DNA of 64,000 bases, from contig OY769902.1 of assembly GCA_963669175.1 (NCBI GenBank), forward strand, positions 2,880,001 to 2,944,000, in the 5' to 3' direction. The position numbers and the translations under genes are program-made. This document shows, piece by piece, positions 1-10,868 of this stretch (positions are counted from its first letter, which is position 1; every line of letters begins with the position of its first letter). Under the pieces are notes generated by a model, which did not search any database, was not told where the DNA came from, and saw only the letters and a list, made by a program, of their open reading frames with translations. Origin of the DNA: a bacterium (lineage in GTDB: Bacteria > Electryoneota > Electryoneia > Electryoneales > Electryoneaceae).

Positions 1-786
1 TACGCGCAGTTCGCCCCGGAGTTCGGCAACGGCGATTTGAACCGTAAAGTCATCACACGCTTTACCGAAGCCGCCCAGGCCGCTGACCTGCTGGTTTTCC
101 CCGAGCTGTGCGTTTCAGGTTACGATTTTATCGATAAGGATGAGCTGGGCGATCTGGCTGAACCGTTCGACAACGGTCCAACTTCAGAACTGGCGCTGGA
201 ACTGGCGGAGAAGTATTCGATCACTCTGGTCATCGGGTATCCGGAACGAGATGGTGAGAAATTCTACAATTCCTGCCTGTTGGCCCAACCTGGCGGCAAG
301 ATTGTCAATTACCGTAAAATTCACCTGTTCAGCAAAGAAACCACCCTGTTCACACCGGGAGATAAACCGCCCACGGTCGTTGAAACGCCAGCCGGACGTG
401 TGGGTATGATGATCTGCTTCGACTGGGTGTACCCGGAAACGGCACGTGTGCTCTCCATCAAAGGCGCGCAGATCCTGGCCCATCCCTCGAATCTCGTCCT
501 TCAATTCTGCCAACGCGCCATGTTCGCGCGGAGTGTGGAGAATGCGGTGTATTCTATCACCTGTAACCGTTACGGCACCGAAGAACGTACCGACCGCAGC
601 CTGACCTTCACCGGCTACTCCCAGGTCCTCGATCCAAAGGGCGAACTGCTGATGCAAGCGCGTAGCGATGAACACCATGTCGGGATTGTGGAAGTGGATA
701 TCGCAAAAGCTGACAACAAATGGATGACCGAATACAACCACCTGTTCGAAGGACGCAGGACGGATGTGTATGAGGGGCTGATGTAA
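1..786 (+). CDS. Carbon-nitrogen hydrolase (nitrilase superfamily), 5'-truncated by the window edge
   Basis: Frame open from base 1 (YAQFAPEFG...). Triad motifs LVFPE, YRKIHLF and ICFDW are present. Confidence 0.9.
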   Translation, partial: YAQFAPEFGNGDLNRKVITRFTEAAQAADLLVFPELCVSGYDFIDKDELGDLAEPFDNGPTSELALELAEKYSITLVIGYPERDGEKFYNSCLLAQPGGKIVNYRKIHLFSKETTLFTPGDKPPTVVETPAGRVGMMICFDWVYPETARVLSIKGAQILAHPSNLVLQFCQRAMFARSVENAVYSITCNRYGTEERTDRSLTFTGYSQVLDPKGELLMQARSDEHHVGIVEVDIAKADNKWMTEYNHLFEGRRTDVYEGLM

Positions 787-1199
787 GTATGTGATATGGT
801 TGTTGAGAGTTTGAAAGTTACAAAGTTTAAAAGTCCCAAAGTTGTCTAATCGGTTTTCTTCCACCGGTTCAGGAACTCCAGCAAGCCTGGGTGGCCCGAT
901 TTCCCATGTTGGTATACTGAATTCCTTTCTTTGGTATGTACTACTGGCGAAAGGTTGTATTCAGTGAGGGGCAGGAGGAAAGTCGGGATTGTGCGGAAGA
1001 CCAGAATTTGCCGCATTGTTTGGTGTTCAGGTTCAATCACATTCCCGCCTTTGCTTATCAACTCCTGATAAGTGTGAAAGCCTTGTTTTCTCTGTCAAGC
1101 GCATCAAGGATATCAAGATTATCGCCAGGCAAAATCGGGCCACCCAGTCAAAGTGAGAAGAGTTGTGAAGAAGTACAACTGGCGGGGATTAGAAATCTA

Positions 1200-2141
1200 T
1201 TATTGATAAATCGTTTTTCCCGCTTCCGCCGCTTTCAGCAGGCCGTTGCTGATATCGCTGGCCCACGCCCACGCAAGCGGGACTCCGTGGAATTTCCAGG
1301 TTGAAATGGTCTGTTTCCCGAGCAGGTTGGGGAGCCGATTCATGTTCCGTGACCCCTTGTACCGGATATGGCGCAAGGAATAGGGAATCTCTTCACCTTG
1401 AGCGTTTCGAAGCTGAACCGGGATCATTTCTGCACCTGCAAACGCCGGGAAGCGTTCTCCAAGCAAATCCTCAGCATGATGCACCAGGGTAAGGTAGAGA
1501 TAGGGTGAGGCGCCCAGGACAAGGATCACCGTCTTTCTCGTTGCCATGATATCGTAGGGAGTTCCATACCCGAACGTAGTTTCCGCAAGATGATGGCTGG
1601 CCGTCAGTTCTTTTGCTAACGGGCCCATGGCAGAGATGGAATGAGTCGGGTGCAGGCTGCGCAGGGACGATTTCTGGCGTCTGAACAACTCCGTCAACAA
1701 CCCCATCTGCGATGTGGTCTTCACCTGATCAAAAAGGGGATGTTCACGATACCAGTCCCCCCAACTTACAGGGCCATCACCGAAGGAGAACGCCGGCATG
1801 GCAAGAGTGCGATCCGGACCGACAAAATCCTGCAATGCTTTCAGCAGCTTGAAAACTGCGTCACGGTACATCGGCATCAAGCCGTCATAGGAACTGTGTA
1901 TAAACAGAATCTCAAAATCCCGGGGCAGCGTCTGAGCAAGGTGATCGATCAACTCACTCGTGGTAAAGGTACCGTTCAACTTGAGCACCAGTGGTTTGAA
2001 GCGTATACGCAGCTTTTTCTTCAAACCCCAGCCTATACCAAGACGTGATCGAAGGCTTCGTTTCAGGTTGTGAATACTCATGTCTTTCCTGTAACCTGCC
2101 AAGTGTGGCAATGGACCACTGGAGCTGGCAGTAGCATTCAA
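1200..2141 (-). CDS. AAC(3)/YokD-family N-acetyltransferase
   Basis: Motifs LFIHSS, TLAMPAF, MGLLTELFR, RSLHPTHS and TLVHHAE. Start uncertain (TTG 2141 or a downstream ATG). Confidence 0.8.
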   Translation of the reverse strand: MNATASSSGPLPHLAGYRKDMSIHNLKRSLRSRLGIGWGLKKKLRIRFKPLVLKLNGTFTTSELIDHLAQTLPRDFEILFIHSSYDGLMPMYRDAVFKLLKALQDFVGPDRTLAMPAFSFGDGPVSWGDWYREHPLFDQVKTTSQMGLLTELFRRQKSSLRSLHPTHSISAMGPLAKELTASHHLAETTFGYGTPYDIMATRKTVILVLGASPYLYLTLVHHAEDLLGERFPAFAGAEMIPVQLRNAQGEEIPYSLRHIRYKGSRNMNRLPNLLGKQTISTWKFHGVPLAWAWASDISNGLLKAAEAGKTIYQ

Positions 2142-2152
2142 ACTTTTTCATG

Positions 2153-3385
2153 CTAGCGCTTTGTCATCTCCGCACGTTTTCTGCTTTCTTCATTCTGCTG
2201 TGGAAAACGCAGGTAGAGCATCAGGGCATCAACAAAGAATTTTGCAGCCCAGTTCGGATACGCATAGGGAAGATAGGCTCCGTAGATCGGCCATGATCCT
2301 GCGATTCCACCTCGTACCGAAGGAGGACCGTCTGTAATCTGTGTTGAGGCAACAAACCGCACAAGATTCTCGGCCGCTTCACGAAGTACTTCATTGCCGG
2401 TTAATTCAGCCAGTTTGAAAAAGATAATCGCTATCTGTGCAGAACCAGTCAAGCAGACATAACGGGAATTTCCTGTCCAATCGGGGTGAATCTGACCGGA
2501 TAGAAAACCTGTCTGCTTTATCCTGGTCCTGTTTGCCTTGTATAGCTGCAGCATGGCCTGCATGACTCTGGATGTCAGTTCTTCCTGGAGATCCGGTAGA
2601 AAGGTCGCAGCTTCCAGAAGACCACGGTAGGTATAAGCAAGCGTGTGAGTAAAGGGGGCGGTTTGTCCCTCGTAGAATTCCATATGTTTTAGGAAGCCAT
2701 TGGGCTGGGCGTGTTTCAGCGCCCATGTAATTGCACGTTCCCCAGCTTCATGTAAATCCTGTCGTTGCGAGAGCTGCGCGGTTTCAAGGAGTGCCCAGGC
2801 AGTGCGGACATTGTAACTGTGAACGCGATTCTGAAACGTATGCGCGCGCCATGCCCCATCTTCATCCTGAACATCTCTGAGCCATTTCCCGGCACGGATG
2901 GAAGCTTCAAGACAGTTATCCTGATGAGTGCGCTCATAAATCGCATTCCAGCCAAACATGACCTGGCCCGTATTGAACACGACAGGATAGTCGTTTAATC
3001 CCACCCCACCACGCACCCCACCACTGGGAAGCTGAATGCCCAGTTCCCAATCGGCCATCCGTTGCGCGCACGCGCGATAATCTGCTTTGTCAAAGTAATC
3101 TGAATAGTGAAGCAGGGTAGGAATCAAGTATCCTGTTGTTTCAGGATAAGCGCCGGACCAGCCACCCAAAAGGGAAAACCATGCACAAACACCATCATTA
3201 GAAGACTGTTTGTGTGCAGTAGAAAGCCAATTCAATGCAAGATTAAGATGAAAATCAGGGTTAAAAGAAGACATACCTGACCTGAAGATGATATGTCTCG
3301 ATACTTGCGGCCTTACCAGAAAAGAAAGCGCACTAACCCCACGAAATAACTTTTGTATGAGTCGCATGTGTTTCTCCGTGCTCAT
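2153..3385 (-). CDS. (alpha/alpha)-barrel protein of the 'YPETTGY' type, often in polysaccharide loci
   Basis: Motifs YPETTGY, FNTGQV, THTLAY, CLTGSAQ and YPNWAAKFF; QW-like repeats (QLPSGG, QDEDGAW). Confidence 0.6.
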   Translation of the reverse strand: MSTEKHMRLIQKLFRGVSALSFLVRPQVSRHIIFRSGMSSFNPDFHLNLALNWLSTAHKQSSNDGVCAWFSLLGGWSGAYPETTGYLIPTLLHYSDYFDKADYRACAQRMADWELGIQLPSGGVRGGVGLNDYPVVFNTGQVMFGWNAIYERTHQDNCLEASIRAGKWLRDVQDEDGAWRAHTFQNRVHSYNVRTAWALLETAQLSQRQDLHEAGERAITWALKHAQPNGFLKHMEFYEGQTAPFTHTLAYTYRGLLEAATFLPDLQEELTSRVMQAMLQLYKANRTRIKQTGFLSGQIHPDWTGNSRYVCLTGSAQIAIIFFKLAELTGNEVLREAAENLVRFVASTQITDGPPSVRGGIAGSWPIYGAYLPYAYPNWAAKFFVDALMLYLRFPQQNEESRKRAEMTKR

Positions 3386-3476
3386 GGCAGCATCATTACA
3401 TCAATTCCTCTATTAAATTACAGATAGGATTTTCGAGGAAACAAGTCCTTGGACTCCGTTCTGCCAGTTTTTTGTA

Positions 3477-3785
3477 TATAGCAGTTCTCGATTTTATTCC
3501 GTCATAATAGAGATTGCCGGGAAAAGGGGACGGGATCCTTTTCCTCGCGCTTATACAGAATATTTCTGAAGTATTCCTGGAAAAGAAAACTGTCCCCTTT
3601 TCCGTGTGATTCCTGCCTGCTCGCAAGAAAAAGGGTACAGCCACCTTTCCCGGTCCATGCTCACAGCGGGAAAGCTTTGCTCCTGGAAAAGAAAACTGTC
3701 CCCTTTTTCCATAGGCTTCTTCCCTGTCACCTATGAATCGTTCGTCGGATACTATCATGACGGTTTATTTTCAAGAGTAGCTATA
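3477..3785. mobile_element. MITE-like dispersed repeat, family A copy 1 (TATAG...CTATA ends; internal CTGTCCCCTTTT motifs)
   Basis: Core 3484-3712 aligns with 53091-53320 and, inverted, with 15222-15446. Imperfect TIRs TATAGCAGTTCTCGA / TCAAGAGTAGCTATA. Confidence 0.75.
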
Positions 3786-4106
3786 GGTCCATTAGTGCTT
3801 GTCTGCCTATAATTTGTGAAATTACAATATTATAGAGATGTTTCCAGGCGTTGGCTTGCTGTACTGTTTGAATTTATCGAAGACAAAAAGGCAAACACTT
3901 GAGTCTCCTTTTCGCGTCATCTTGCTGTCTCCCTTATGAACCACGCTTTCCTGATTGTTTACCTTTCCTAATTGACTGGTGAGGCAATCCTCTGAGCATT
4001 GCTCGCCGGGACAAAAGTGGCGATAATACAGGTAACGCAATGCCGGAACGTGCATCATACTTTGAAACGGGCAGTATTGTACGCATACCATGTGGGAGGC
4101 AAAGAA

Positions 4107-6926
4107 TTGGCCGTCAAGGTACCAGAAAAGAAAAAGACCGGTGACAATGGGCGCAAAGCGCCGGCAGTCACTGGTTGGAATGCCGATTATGTTGACGATC
4201 TCTATAAACAGTGGCAGGAAGATCCGGGCTCACTGAGCGAATCCTGGCAGATGTTCTTCAAAGGGTTCGACCTGGCGATGTGCCCACGTACCTGCGTGGC
4301 GAACCAGGCCGCACGGAACCAGTCATCGGCCGCCAGCCTGATCTATGCCTATCGTAGTGAAGGGCACCTGATCGCGAAGACGGATCCCCTGGGAAACAAC
4401 CTGGAATCTCATCCTGACCTTGAGATTGAACAGTTCGGCTTTACCGAAGCAGACTTGGACACAGTTTATGACACTGGGCATCTGGGCGGTCCCAGTCGGG
4501 CCAAATTGCGTGACATTATCAGTATTCTTCAAGAAACCTACTGCCGCACCATCGGCGTTCAGTATACCCATATCCAGAACAAGCAGATTCGCCGGTGGTT
4601 GCAGGCCGAGATGGAGCCGAACCGCAACCATCCGAAATACGACCGTGATAAAAAGCTCGCCATCCTGAACAAGCTGGTGAATGCCGAGCTGTTCGAGAGT
4701 TTTGTGCAGGCACGCTACCGTGGGCAGAAACGGTTCTCCCTGGAAGGCGCGGAAACCCTGATCGCTCTGCTTCATGAGATGATCGAGATCACCCCGGACT
4801 ACGATATCAATGAAGTGGTCATGGGGATGCCGCACCGTGGACGATTGAACGTACTGGCAAACATCCTGGATAAAGGCTACGCGCAGATCTTCGAGGAGTT
4901 CGAGGATGATCATGAGCAGGATGAGTGGGGCGGGGACGGTGACGTCAAGTATCACAAGGGTTTCAGTTCGACCCATTTTAACCGTGAAGGCAAGAAAAGT
5001 CACCTCACCCTGACCGCCAATCCCAGCCACCTTGAGGCGGTTGATCCGGTGGTCATGGGACGGACCCGTGCGAAACAGCGCCAGTGGGGCGATGCTGAAA
5101 CACGACGCCAGGTGCTTCCCATCCTGATGCATGGCGACGCCGCTTTTTCCGGGCAAGGGATGGTTGCGGAAGTATTCAACCTCTCCCAACTGAAGGGCTA
5201 CAAGGTTGGCGGTACGATCCATGTCATCATCAACAACCAGATCGGCTTTACTACTGATCCCTCGGAATCACGTTCTACGGCCTACGCCACTGACATCGCT
5301 AAAACAGTCGAAGCCCCCATATTCCATGTGAACTTTGAAGATCCGGAAGCGGCGGTTTATGTCGCTGAACTGGCCTTGAAATTTCGCCAGACCTGGGGAC
5401 GCGATATCGTAATCGACATGGTCTGCTATCGTAAACATGGGCACAACGAAGGCGACGAACCTGCTTTCACCCAGCCGATCATGTATGAGAAGATCAAGGC
5501 ACGACCAAGTGTACGTGAAATCTACACCAGCCAGCTCCTTGATGAAGGCGTGATCAGCAAAGAGGATGTGGAGCGTACGGAAAAGGAGATGCGCGAAATC
5601 CTCGAAGAAGACCTGGAAACGGCGAAGAGCTCCTATGTTCAGACCGACCCGGAACCTTTTTCGGATCGTTGGGAGGGACTGGATCAACCCTTCAGCAATG
5701 GCCCCTGGGAAACGGGTGTCAAGCAGGATGAGCTGCTAAAGGTGGCGAAAGGACTTAATTCCATACCACCTGAATTCAACCTGAACAAAAAGATCGCCCG
5801 AAATCTTCCGGAACGAATGAAGGCTGTCGAGGAAGGCGGTACAGTCGATTGGGGCTATGCCGAGCTGCTCTCGTTTGGATCTCTGTTGCAGGAGGGGCAT
5901 CCGGTTCGCTTGAGCGGACAGGACAGCGAACGCGGCACCTTCAGCAGCCGTCACTCGGTCTGGCACGATATGGAGACCATGCAGGCCTACAAGCCTTTGA
6001 ACCATATCAGCAACGACCAGGCGCATTTCTGCGTCTACAACAGCCCGCTGTCGGAAGCGTCGGTTTTAGGTTTCGATTACGGGTATTCGCTTGCAGAACC
6101 GGGCATGCTGATCCTGTGGGAAGCGCAGTTCGGTGATTTCGCCAACGGCGCCCAGATGATCATCGACCAGTTTATCAGTTCCTCACAATCCAAGTGGCAC
6201 CGTACCAGCGGGTTGGTTATGCTGCTGCCGCACGGCTACGAAGGCATGGGACCGGAACATTCCAACGCCTACCTGGAGCGTTATCTTGCCGCCTGTGGAC
6301 AGAACAATATCCAGGTCTGCAACATCACCACACCGGCGCAGTATTTCCATGCGTTGCGTCGCCAGATCATGCGCCCGTTCCGGCGTCCGCTGATCATCAT
6401 GTCACCGAAGAGCCTGCTACGACACAAGCTGGCGGTGTCTCCGGTGAAAGAACTTACGGATGGACGGTTCCACGAAATCCTGAATGATCCGAAACCGCCG
6501 AGGAAAGCTAAGCGGCTAGTGCTTTGCAGCGGCAAGGTGTTCTACGATTTGTACGAAGCTCGTGAAGAACAGAAGATCGACGATGTTGCATTGGTGCGTG
6601 TTGAGCAGTTCTATCCGTTCAACAACGAAATGCTGACACAAATCGTAAACAAGTACGGTTGGATCCAGGAAATTGTCTGGGTGCAGGAAGAAACGAAGAA
6701 CCGTGGCGGTTGGAACTTCATGCGGCCTCTTCTGCATCACCTGTTCCCGGAAATGAGAATCCGTTACGTGGGACGTGGGTATGCCGCAAGTCCTGCAACC
6801 GGATCAGCGCACCGTCACCGTCAGGAACAACAACAGATTATCAACGCAGCCCTGGGCAAGGAGAAACTCCTTGAGGATTACCCGGTATTGCCCGAAGAGC
6901 TGTCATTTGGTTTAGGGGAGAGATAA
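4107..6926 (+). CDS. sucA: 2-oxoglutarate dehydrogenase E1
   Basis: Motifs KRFSLEG, GMPHRGRLN, GDVKYH, HGDAAF.GQG, WEAQFGDF and GPEHS. Likely TTG start at 4107 after GGGAGG. Confidence 0.97.
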   Translation: MAVKVPEKKKTGDNGRKAPAVTGWNADYVDDLYKQWQEDPGSLSESWQMFFKGFDLAMCPRTCVANQAARNQSSAASLIYAYRSEGHLIAKTDPLGNNLESHPDLEIEQFGFTEADLDTVYDTGHLGGPSRAKLRDIISILQETYCRTIGVQYTHIQNKQIRRWLQAEMEPNRNHPKYDRDKKLAILNKLVNAELFESFVQARYRGQKRFSLEGAETLIALLHEMIEITPDYDINEVVMGMPHRGRLNVLANILDKGYAQIFEEFEDDHEQDEWGGDGDVKYHKGFSSTHFNREGKKSHLTLTANPSHLEAVDPVVMGRTRAKQRQWGDAETRRQVLPILMHGDAAFSGQGMVAEVFNLSQLKGYKVGGTIHVIINNQIGFTTDPSESRSTAYATDIAKTVEAPIFHVNFEDPEAAVYVAELALKFRQTWGRDIVIDMVCYRKHGHNEGDEPAFTQPIMYEKIKARPSVREIYTSQLLDEGVISKEDVERTEKEMREILEEDLETAKSSYVQTDPEPFSDRWEGLDQPFSNGPWETGVKQDELLKVAKGLNSIPPEFNLNKKIARNLPERMKAVEEGGTVDWGYAELLSFGSLLQEGHPVRLSGQDSERGTFSSRHSVWHDMETMQAYKPLNHISNDQAHFCVYNSPLSEASVLGFDYGYSLAEPGMLILWEAQFGDFANGAQMIIDQFISSSQSKWHRTSGLVMLLPHGYEGMGPEHSNAYLERYLAACGQNNIQVCNITTPAQYFHALRRQIMRPFRRPLIIMSPKSLLRHKLAVSPVKELTDGRFHEILNDPKPPRKAKRLVLCSGKVFYDLYEAREEQKIDDVALVRVEQFYPFNNEMLTQIVNKYGWIQEIVWVQEETKNRGGWNFMRPLLHHLFPEMRIRYVGRGYAASPATGSAHRHRQEQQQIINAALGKEKLLEDYPVLPEELSFGLGER

Positions 6927-6929
6927 GTC

Positions 6930-8240
6930 ATGAAAGCGGAAATCAAGATCCCTGAAGTTGGCGAATCCATCACCGAAGGTATCCTCGTTGAATGGAAGAA
7001 GAAAAACGGGGAAATGGTGCAGATGGATGAAGAACTGTTCGAGCTTGAAACAGATAAAATCACCATGCCCGTGACCGCTGAGGCCGAGGGTGTGCTGGAA
7101 ATAAAGGTGGAAGCGGATACCACTGTTCAGATCGGTCAGGTGGTCGGATTTATCGATACAGACGCGAAAGCCGAAACCTTAAGTAAAGCTGAAGCAAAAC
7201 CTGCACCAGAGGTTCCGCAAAGCGCCGGGCCGTCAGTTAGTTCGCCAGCGGGTAAAGCCCAGGTAAAAGAGAAACTCGCGAAGGACTATAAACTCGATGC
7301 GCTCTCTCCGGCAGTACGCAGGCTGGTTGAAGAGAATAACCTGAATCCCAACCTGATCCCGGCAACCGGAAAGGACAACCGTATCACCAAGGAAGATGTG
7401 GTTCGTTTCCTTGAGAATCCACCGGAAAAAGCAGAAGTTGCTTCAGAACCTAAACCTGTACCCGATGAACCGGCCAAGACGGTTGAATTGCCGAAGGAAT
7501 CTCCCCAGGCAGCAAAACCTGTTGACTTGAGTGAGAAGGTGACCCGCAAGCCGATGAGTTCCTTGCGTCAGCGTGTAGCTGAACGCCTGGTTGAATCGCA
7601 GCACAATGCGGCCATCCTGACCACGTTCAACGAAGTGGATATGTCCAACGTCATGGCCTTACGCAGTAAACACAAGAAGATGTTTGAGGAGAAGCATGGT
7701 GTACGGCTTGGGTTTATGAGTTTCTTCATCAAGGCGGCTGTGGAAGCTCTGAAAGCAATTCCACAGGTCAATGCGCTTATCGATGGGAACGACATCGTTC
7801 AGAACAACTATTATGATATCGGTGTTGCGGTCAGCACGGAGAAGGGGCTGGTGGTGCCGAATGTACGTGATGCGGACCAGAAGACATTCGCCCAGTTGGA
7901 AAAGGATGTTTCCGATTTGGCCGAGAAAGCTCGTAATCGAAAACTCACCCTGGATGACTTGCAAGGGGGCGTGTTTACCATTTCTAACGGTGGCGTGTTT
8001 GGATCACTGTTATCAACCCCGATCCTGAATCCACCGCAAAGCGCGATTCTTGGGCTGCACTCGATCAAAAAACGCCCGGTTGTGGTGGGTGACGATGACC
8101 GTATCGAGGTGCGTCCCATGATGTATCTCGCCATGAGTTATGATCACCGTCTGATCGATGGCAGCGAATCGGTGCTGTTCCTGAGGAAAATCGTGGAGTG
8201 TATCGAAGACCCGGAAAAACTGATGCTGGATATGTGTTAA
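6930..8240 (+). CDS. sucB: Dihydrolipoamide succinyltransferase E2
   Basis: Lipoyl motif ETDKI, E3-binding domain, catalytic YDHRLIDG; follows sucA. Confidence 0.97.
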   Translation: MKAEIKIPEVGESITEGILVEWKKKNGEMVQMDEELFELETDKITMPVTAEAEGVLEIKVEADTTVQIGQVVGFIDTDAKAETLSKAEAKPAPEVPQSAGPSVSSPAGKAQVKEKLAKDYKLDALSPAVRRLVEENNLNPNLIPATGKDNRITKEDVVRFLENPPEKAEVASEPKPVPDEPAKTVELPKESPQAAKPVDLSEKVTRKPMSSLRQRVAERLVESQHNAAILTTFNEVDMSNVMALRSKHKKMFEEKHGVRLGFMSFFIKAAVEALKAIPQVNALIDGNDIVQNNYYDIGVAVSTEKGLVVPNVRDADQKTFAQLEKDVSDLAEKARNRKLTLDDLQGGVFTISNGGVFGSLLSTPILNPPQSAILGLHSIKKRPVVVGDDDRIEVRPMMYLAMSYDHRLIDGSESVLFLRKIVECIEDPEKLMLDMC

Positions 8241-8261
8241 GGCTGTTCGGGATATCGGGGA

Positions 8262-9338
8262 TCAATCAGGAATGACGTCTGTTCCTTCCTTGTGCCCGAA
8301 TCGTTCCAGCAATATCGGAGTCAACTCATCCGCCAGATGTCTGGCGGATTTTTTATGTGCGGCAATGGAGGGGTGGCTGTCATACTTGGAAATGCGATAC
8401 AAGTCACGATTCTTGATGTCTGCATAAGGCGTAAAACCACGAAATGCTGGTATATCAAGTGAATCACACAATGAAACGACACGGTTTTCTGCGGTATCCA
8501 GAACATGGTACGCTTGTACCATGTTCATTTGCGGAACGATGTATACGACAAGCAAATCATTCTTGTTATGAATATCCTGCGCCATTTTGGCGAGGTGCTG
8601 CTTGGACATCTTCCATCCGTAATAGTAATCTGTATGCGACTTGGTAATCATATGGTGAAATTCGGTCTTCGGTAATACGATACCGCGCAGACGTAATTCA
8701 AGGTTCACATTTGAGACAAGCTTGTTGATGACAACCGACTTGCCGATAAACAGCCTGAAATCCTTGTAAACCTGCAACCAGAAGTCGTGAGAAACATGTT
8801 CTGATTTTGCTTTCCGACGATTCCGCCAGTTGGCGTCCGCATTCTCAGTCAGATTGTTTTTTACACTTGAGTCCTGTTCACTTTCCTTCTTTTCCATGAT
8901 ACCATACACATCATTGGTATTGTATAGGAGCAGGGTAACCTGTGGCTGGAATTTCGGCGCCAGTTCGTAATAGTCCAGGGTGTTGGTGAAGGTGTTATTC
9001 CCCGGGCGTGTCCCATCCAGAACGACAACCTGTTCAAACGGCAGATCAACCTTGTTCAACTCCTGTTCCAGAACCTTGGCAAAGGAAGAATCAACATCAA
9101 TATTATGGCCGTAAAAATGTGAATCGCCAATGATGAGAAGACGCAAACTGCTTGAATCCGGAATAAATGTCCCGTTCAGTACATCCACCATCAAGTCAGT
9201 CTGAGCCGCCTCGTTTTCCAGTTCAACCTTCTGCTGTGAAGAGAAGATGGCTGTGGCCCGGTCAAAGCGGTACAGCGCTTCACCGAATCCAACGAAGAAA
9301 AGCAGGCCGAGGGCTATGTATGTGATCTTCTTCCACAT
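8262..9338 (-). CDS. SGNH/GDSL-type hydrolase or O-acetyltransferase, membrane anchored
   Basis: N-terminal TM segment, block I IIGDS, block III NTND, C-terminal DSHP; downstream of an MBOAT gene. Confidence 0.8.
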   Translation of the reverse strand: MWKKITYIALGLLFFVGFGEALYRFDRATAIFSSQQKVELENEAAQTDLMVDVLNGTFIPDSSSLRLLIIGDSHFYGHNIDVDSSFAKVLEQELNKVDLPFEQVVVLDGTRPGNNTFTNTLDYYELAPKFQPQVTLLLYNTNDVYGIMEKKESEQDSSVKNNLTENADANWRNRRKAKSEHVSHDFWLQVYKDFRLFIGKSVVINKLVSNVNLELRLRGIVLPKTEFHHMITKSHTDYYYGWKMSKQHLAKMAQDIHNKNDLLVVYIVPQMNMVQAYHVLDTAENRVVSLCDSLDIPAFRGFTPYADIKNRDLYRISKYDSHPSIAAHKKSARHLADELTPILLERFGHKEGTDVIPD

Positions 9339-9340
9339 AG

Positions 9341-10783
9341 TTAGAACTGGAAGTAAATGAACTGTGTTTTGTTGAACATCCCGAATACAACAATGAACCA
9401 GAATTGTACCGTCATATCCAGGTAAATAACCAACGGTTTGTTCAGGAAACTGAATTCACGCCAGCGTGCCCAGTCGTAAGCATTCATAACAACGAGCAGC
9501 AGCAGGATATACCAGACCTCACGAATATGTGTGAAGGGCTCCTGTAGTGAGAATACATCTCCGCCCGTTACCATTCCGGCAAAACCGTGTTGCAGGATAT
9601 AAAATGCTTCGTTCAGGTTGTTGGCACGGAAGAATACCCAGGCCAGCAATGCCAGGTGAAACGTGACGAAAACCTTCCATACCTGGTCCAACCAGTGAAC
9701 CGAGGACAACCGTAAAGCATCAGCAATTGTCTTCCTGATCGTTGTAGTCCAGATGGAGAAAATCAGGTAGAAGCCATGCAGGAATCCCCATACCACGAAA
9801 GTCCAATTGGCGCCATGCCACAAACCGCTGACCATAAACGTGATCATCAGGTTGCTGTACCAGCGGAACTTGCCGACACGATTTCCGCCGAGGCCGATAT
9901 AGACATAATCCTGGAACCAACTTGACAGGGAAATGTGCCAGCGTTTCCAGAATTCACGGATCGAACGTGAGAAATACGGCTGCTTGAAGTTGGTCATGAG
10001 GTCGTAGCCCATGACACGAGCAGAGCCAATTGCGATATCTGAATATCCGGAGAAGTCACAATAAATCTGGTAGGCGAACAGGTACGTCGCGATTACCAGT
10101 GAAGATGTGCTGTGAGTCGTTGGGGCATTGTATACCTGGTCCACATAATAGGCCAACCTGTCGGCAACCACCACCTTCTTGAAGAATCCCCACAGCATAA
10201 GCCGAATGCCACTGTACAGGCGCTCTTTCGAAAACGAATGCTTTTCATGGAACTGGGGGAGCAAATTAGTGGAGCGTTCGATCGGACCGGCGACAAGTTG
10301 AGGGAAGAACGAGACATAGACGGCAAAGATACCGAAGTGCCGTTCAGCGCTACGCCTGCCCTTATACACATCTATGGTGTAACTAAGCGTCTGGAATGTA
10401 TAAAACGAGATTCCTACGGGGAGCAGAACCCGTAGCTCAGGCATGTGGTACAGGATATTAAATGTAGAGAAAACAGATTCGACAGAATCGGTGAAGAAAT
10501 TGAAATACTTGAAGGTAAACAGCAGTCCAAGATTGGTCAGCAGGCTGAAGGATAAAAACAGTTTCTTCCTTGCCTTTGTTTCAGCCTTGTCGATCTGGAT
10601 GCCGGCGACATAGTCAATAATGGTTGAAAGGACGATCAGGCTAAGGTATTCGACACGCCAGCAACCATAAAAGTAGTAACTGGCAACAAGCAGCAATCCC
10701 CAGCGCCAGCGTGCAGGCATGCCGAAATACAGCATGACAACGATGGGGAAGAAGATCAGAAAATGTAACGAGTTGAATAACAC
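9341..10783 (-). CDS. MBOAT O-acyltransferase (AlgI/PatA/DltB family)
   Basis: MLFNS start; motifs LPVGISFYTFQ, FFPQLVAGPIER, DFSGYSD, FWKRWHISLS, SGLWHGA; FIYFQF end. Confidence 0.93.
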   Translation of the reverse strand: MLFNSLHFLIFFPIVVMLYFGMPARWRWGLLLVASYYFYGCWRVEYLSLIVLSTIIDYVAGIQIDKAETKARKKLFLSFSLLTNLGLLFTFKYFNFFTDSVESVFSTFNILYHMPELRVLLPVGISFYTFQTLSYTIDVYKGRRSAERHFGIFAVYVSFFPQLVAGPIERSTNLLPQFHEKHSFSKERLYSGIRLMLWGFFKKVVVADRLAYYVDQVYNAPTTHSTSSLVIATYLFAYQIYCDFSGYSDIAIGSARVMGYDLMTNFKQPYFSRSIREFWKRWHISLSSWFQDYVYIGLGGNRVGKFRWYSNLMITFMVSGLWHGANWTFVVWGFLHGFYLIFSIWTTTIRKTIADALRLSSVHWLDQVWKVFVTFHLALLAWVFFRANNLNEAFYILQHGFAGMVTGGDVFSLQEPFTHIREVWYILLLLVVMNAYDWARWREFSFLNKPLVIYLDMTVQFWFIVVFGMFNKTQFIYFQF

Positions 10784-10868
10784 GTTTGCCTGGTACGGTT
10801 TAAATGTTTGAATCAGCTATGGCTGAACAAAGCACAATCTTGACCTGTGTTCTGCTATAAGAAGCCGA

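Noticed and set aside
3396-3758. Similar short ORFs at 3396, 15044, 15307 and 53054
   Set aside because: They are read-throughs of repeat family A; frames and stops are not conserved between copies.
3999-4106. Extended starts in the ORF track (sucA 3999, fadL-like 23559, dnaE2 32297, fbaB 29450, 22603)
   Set aside because: Better RBS-supported or overlap-coupled starts lie downstream.
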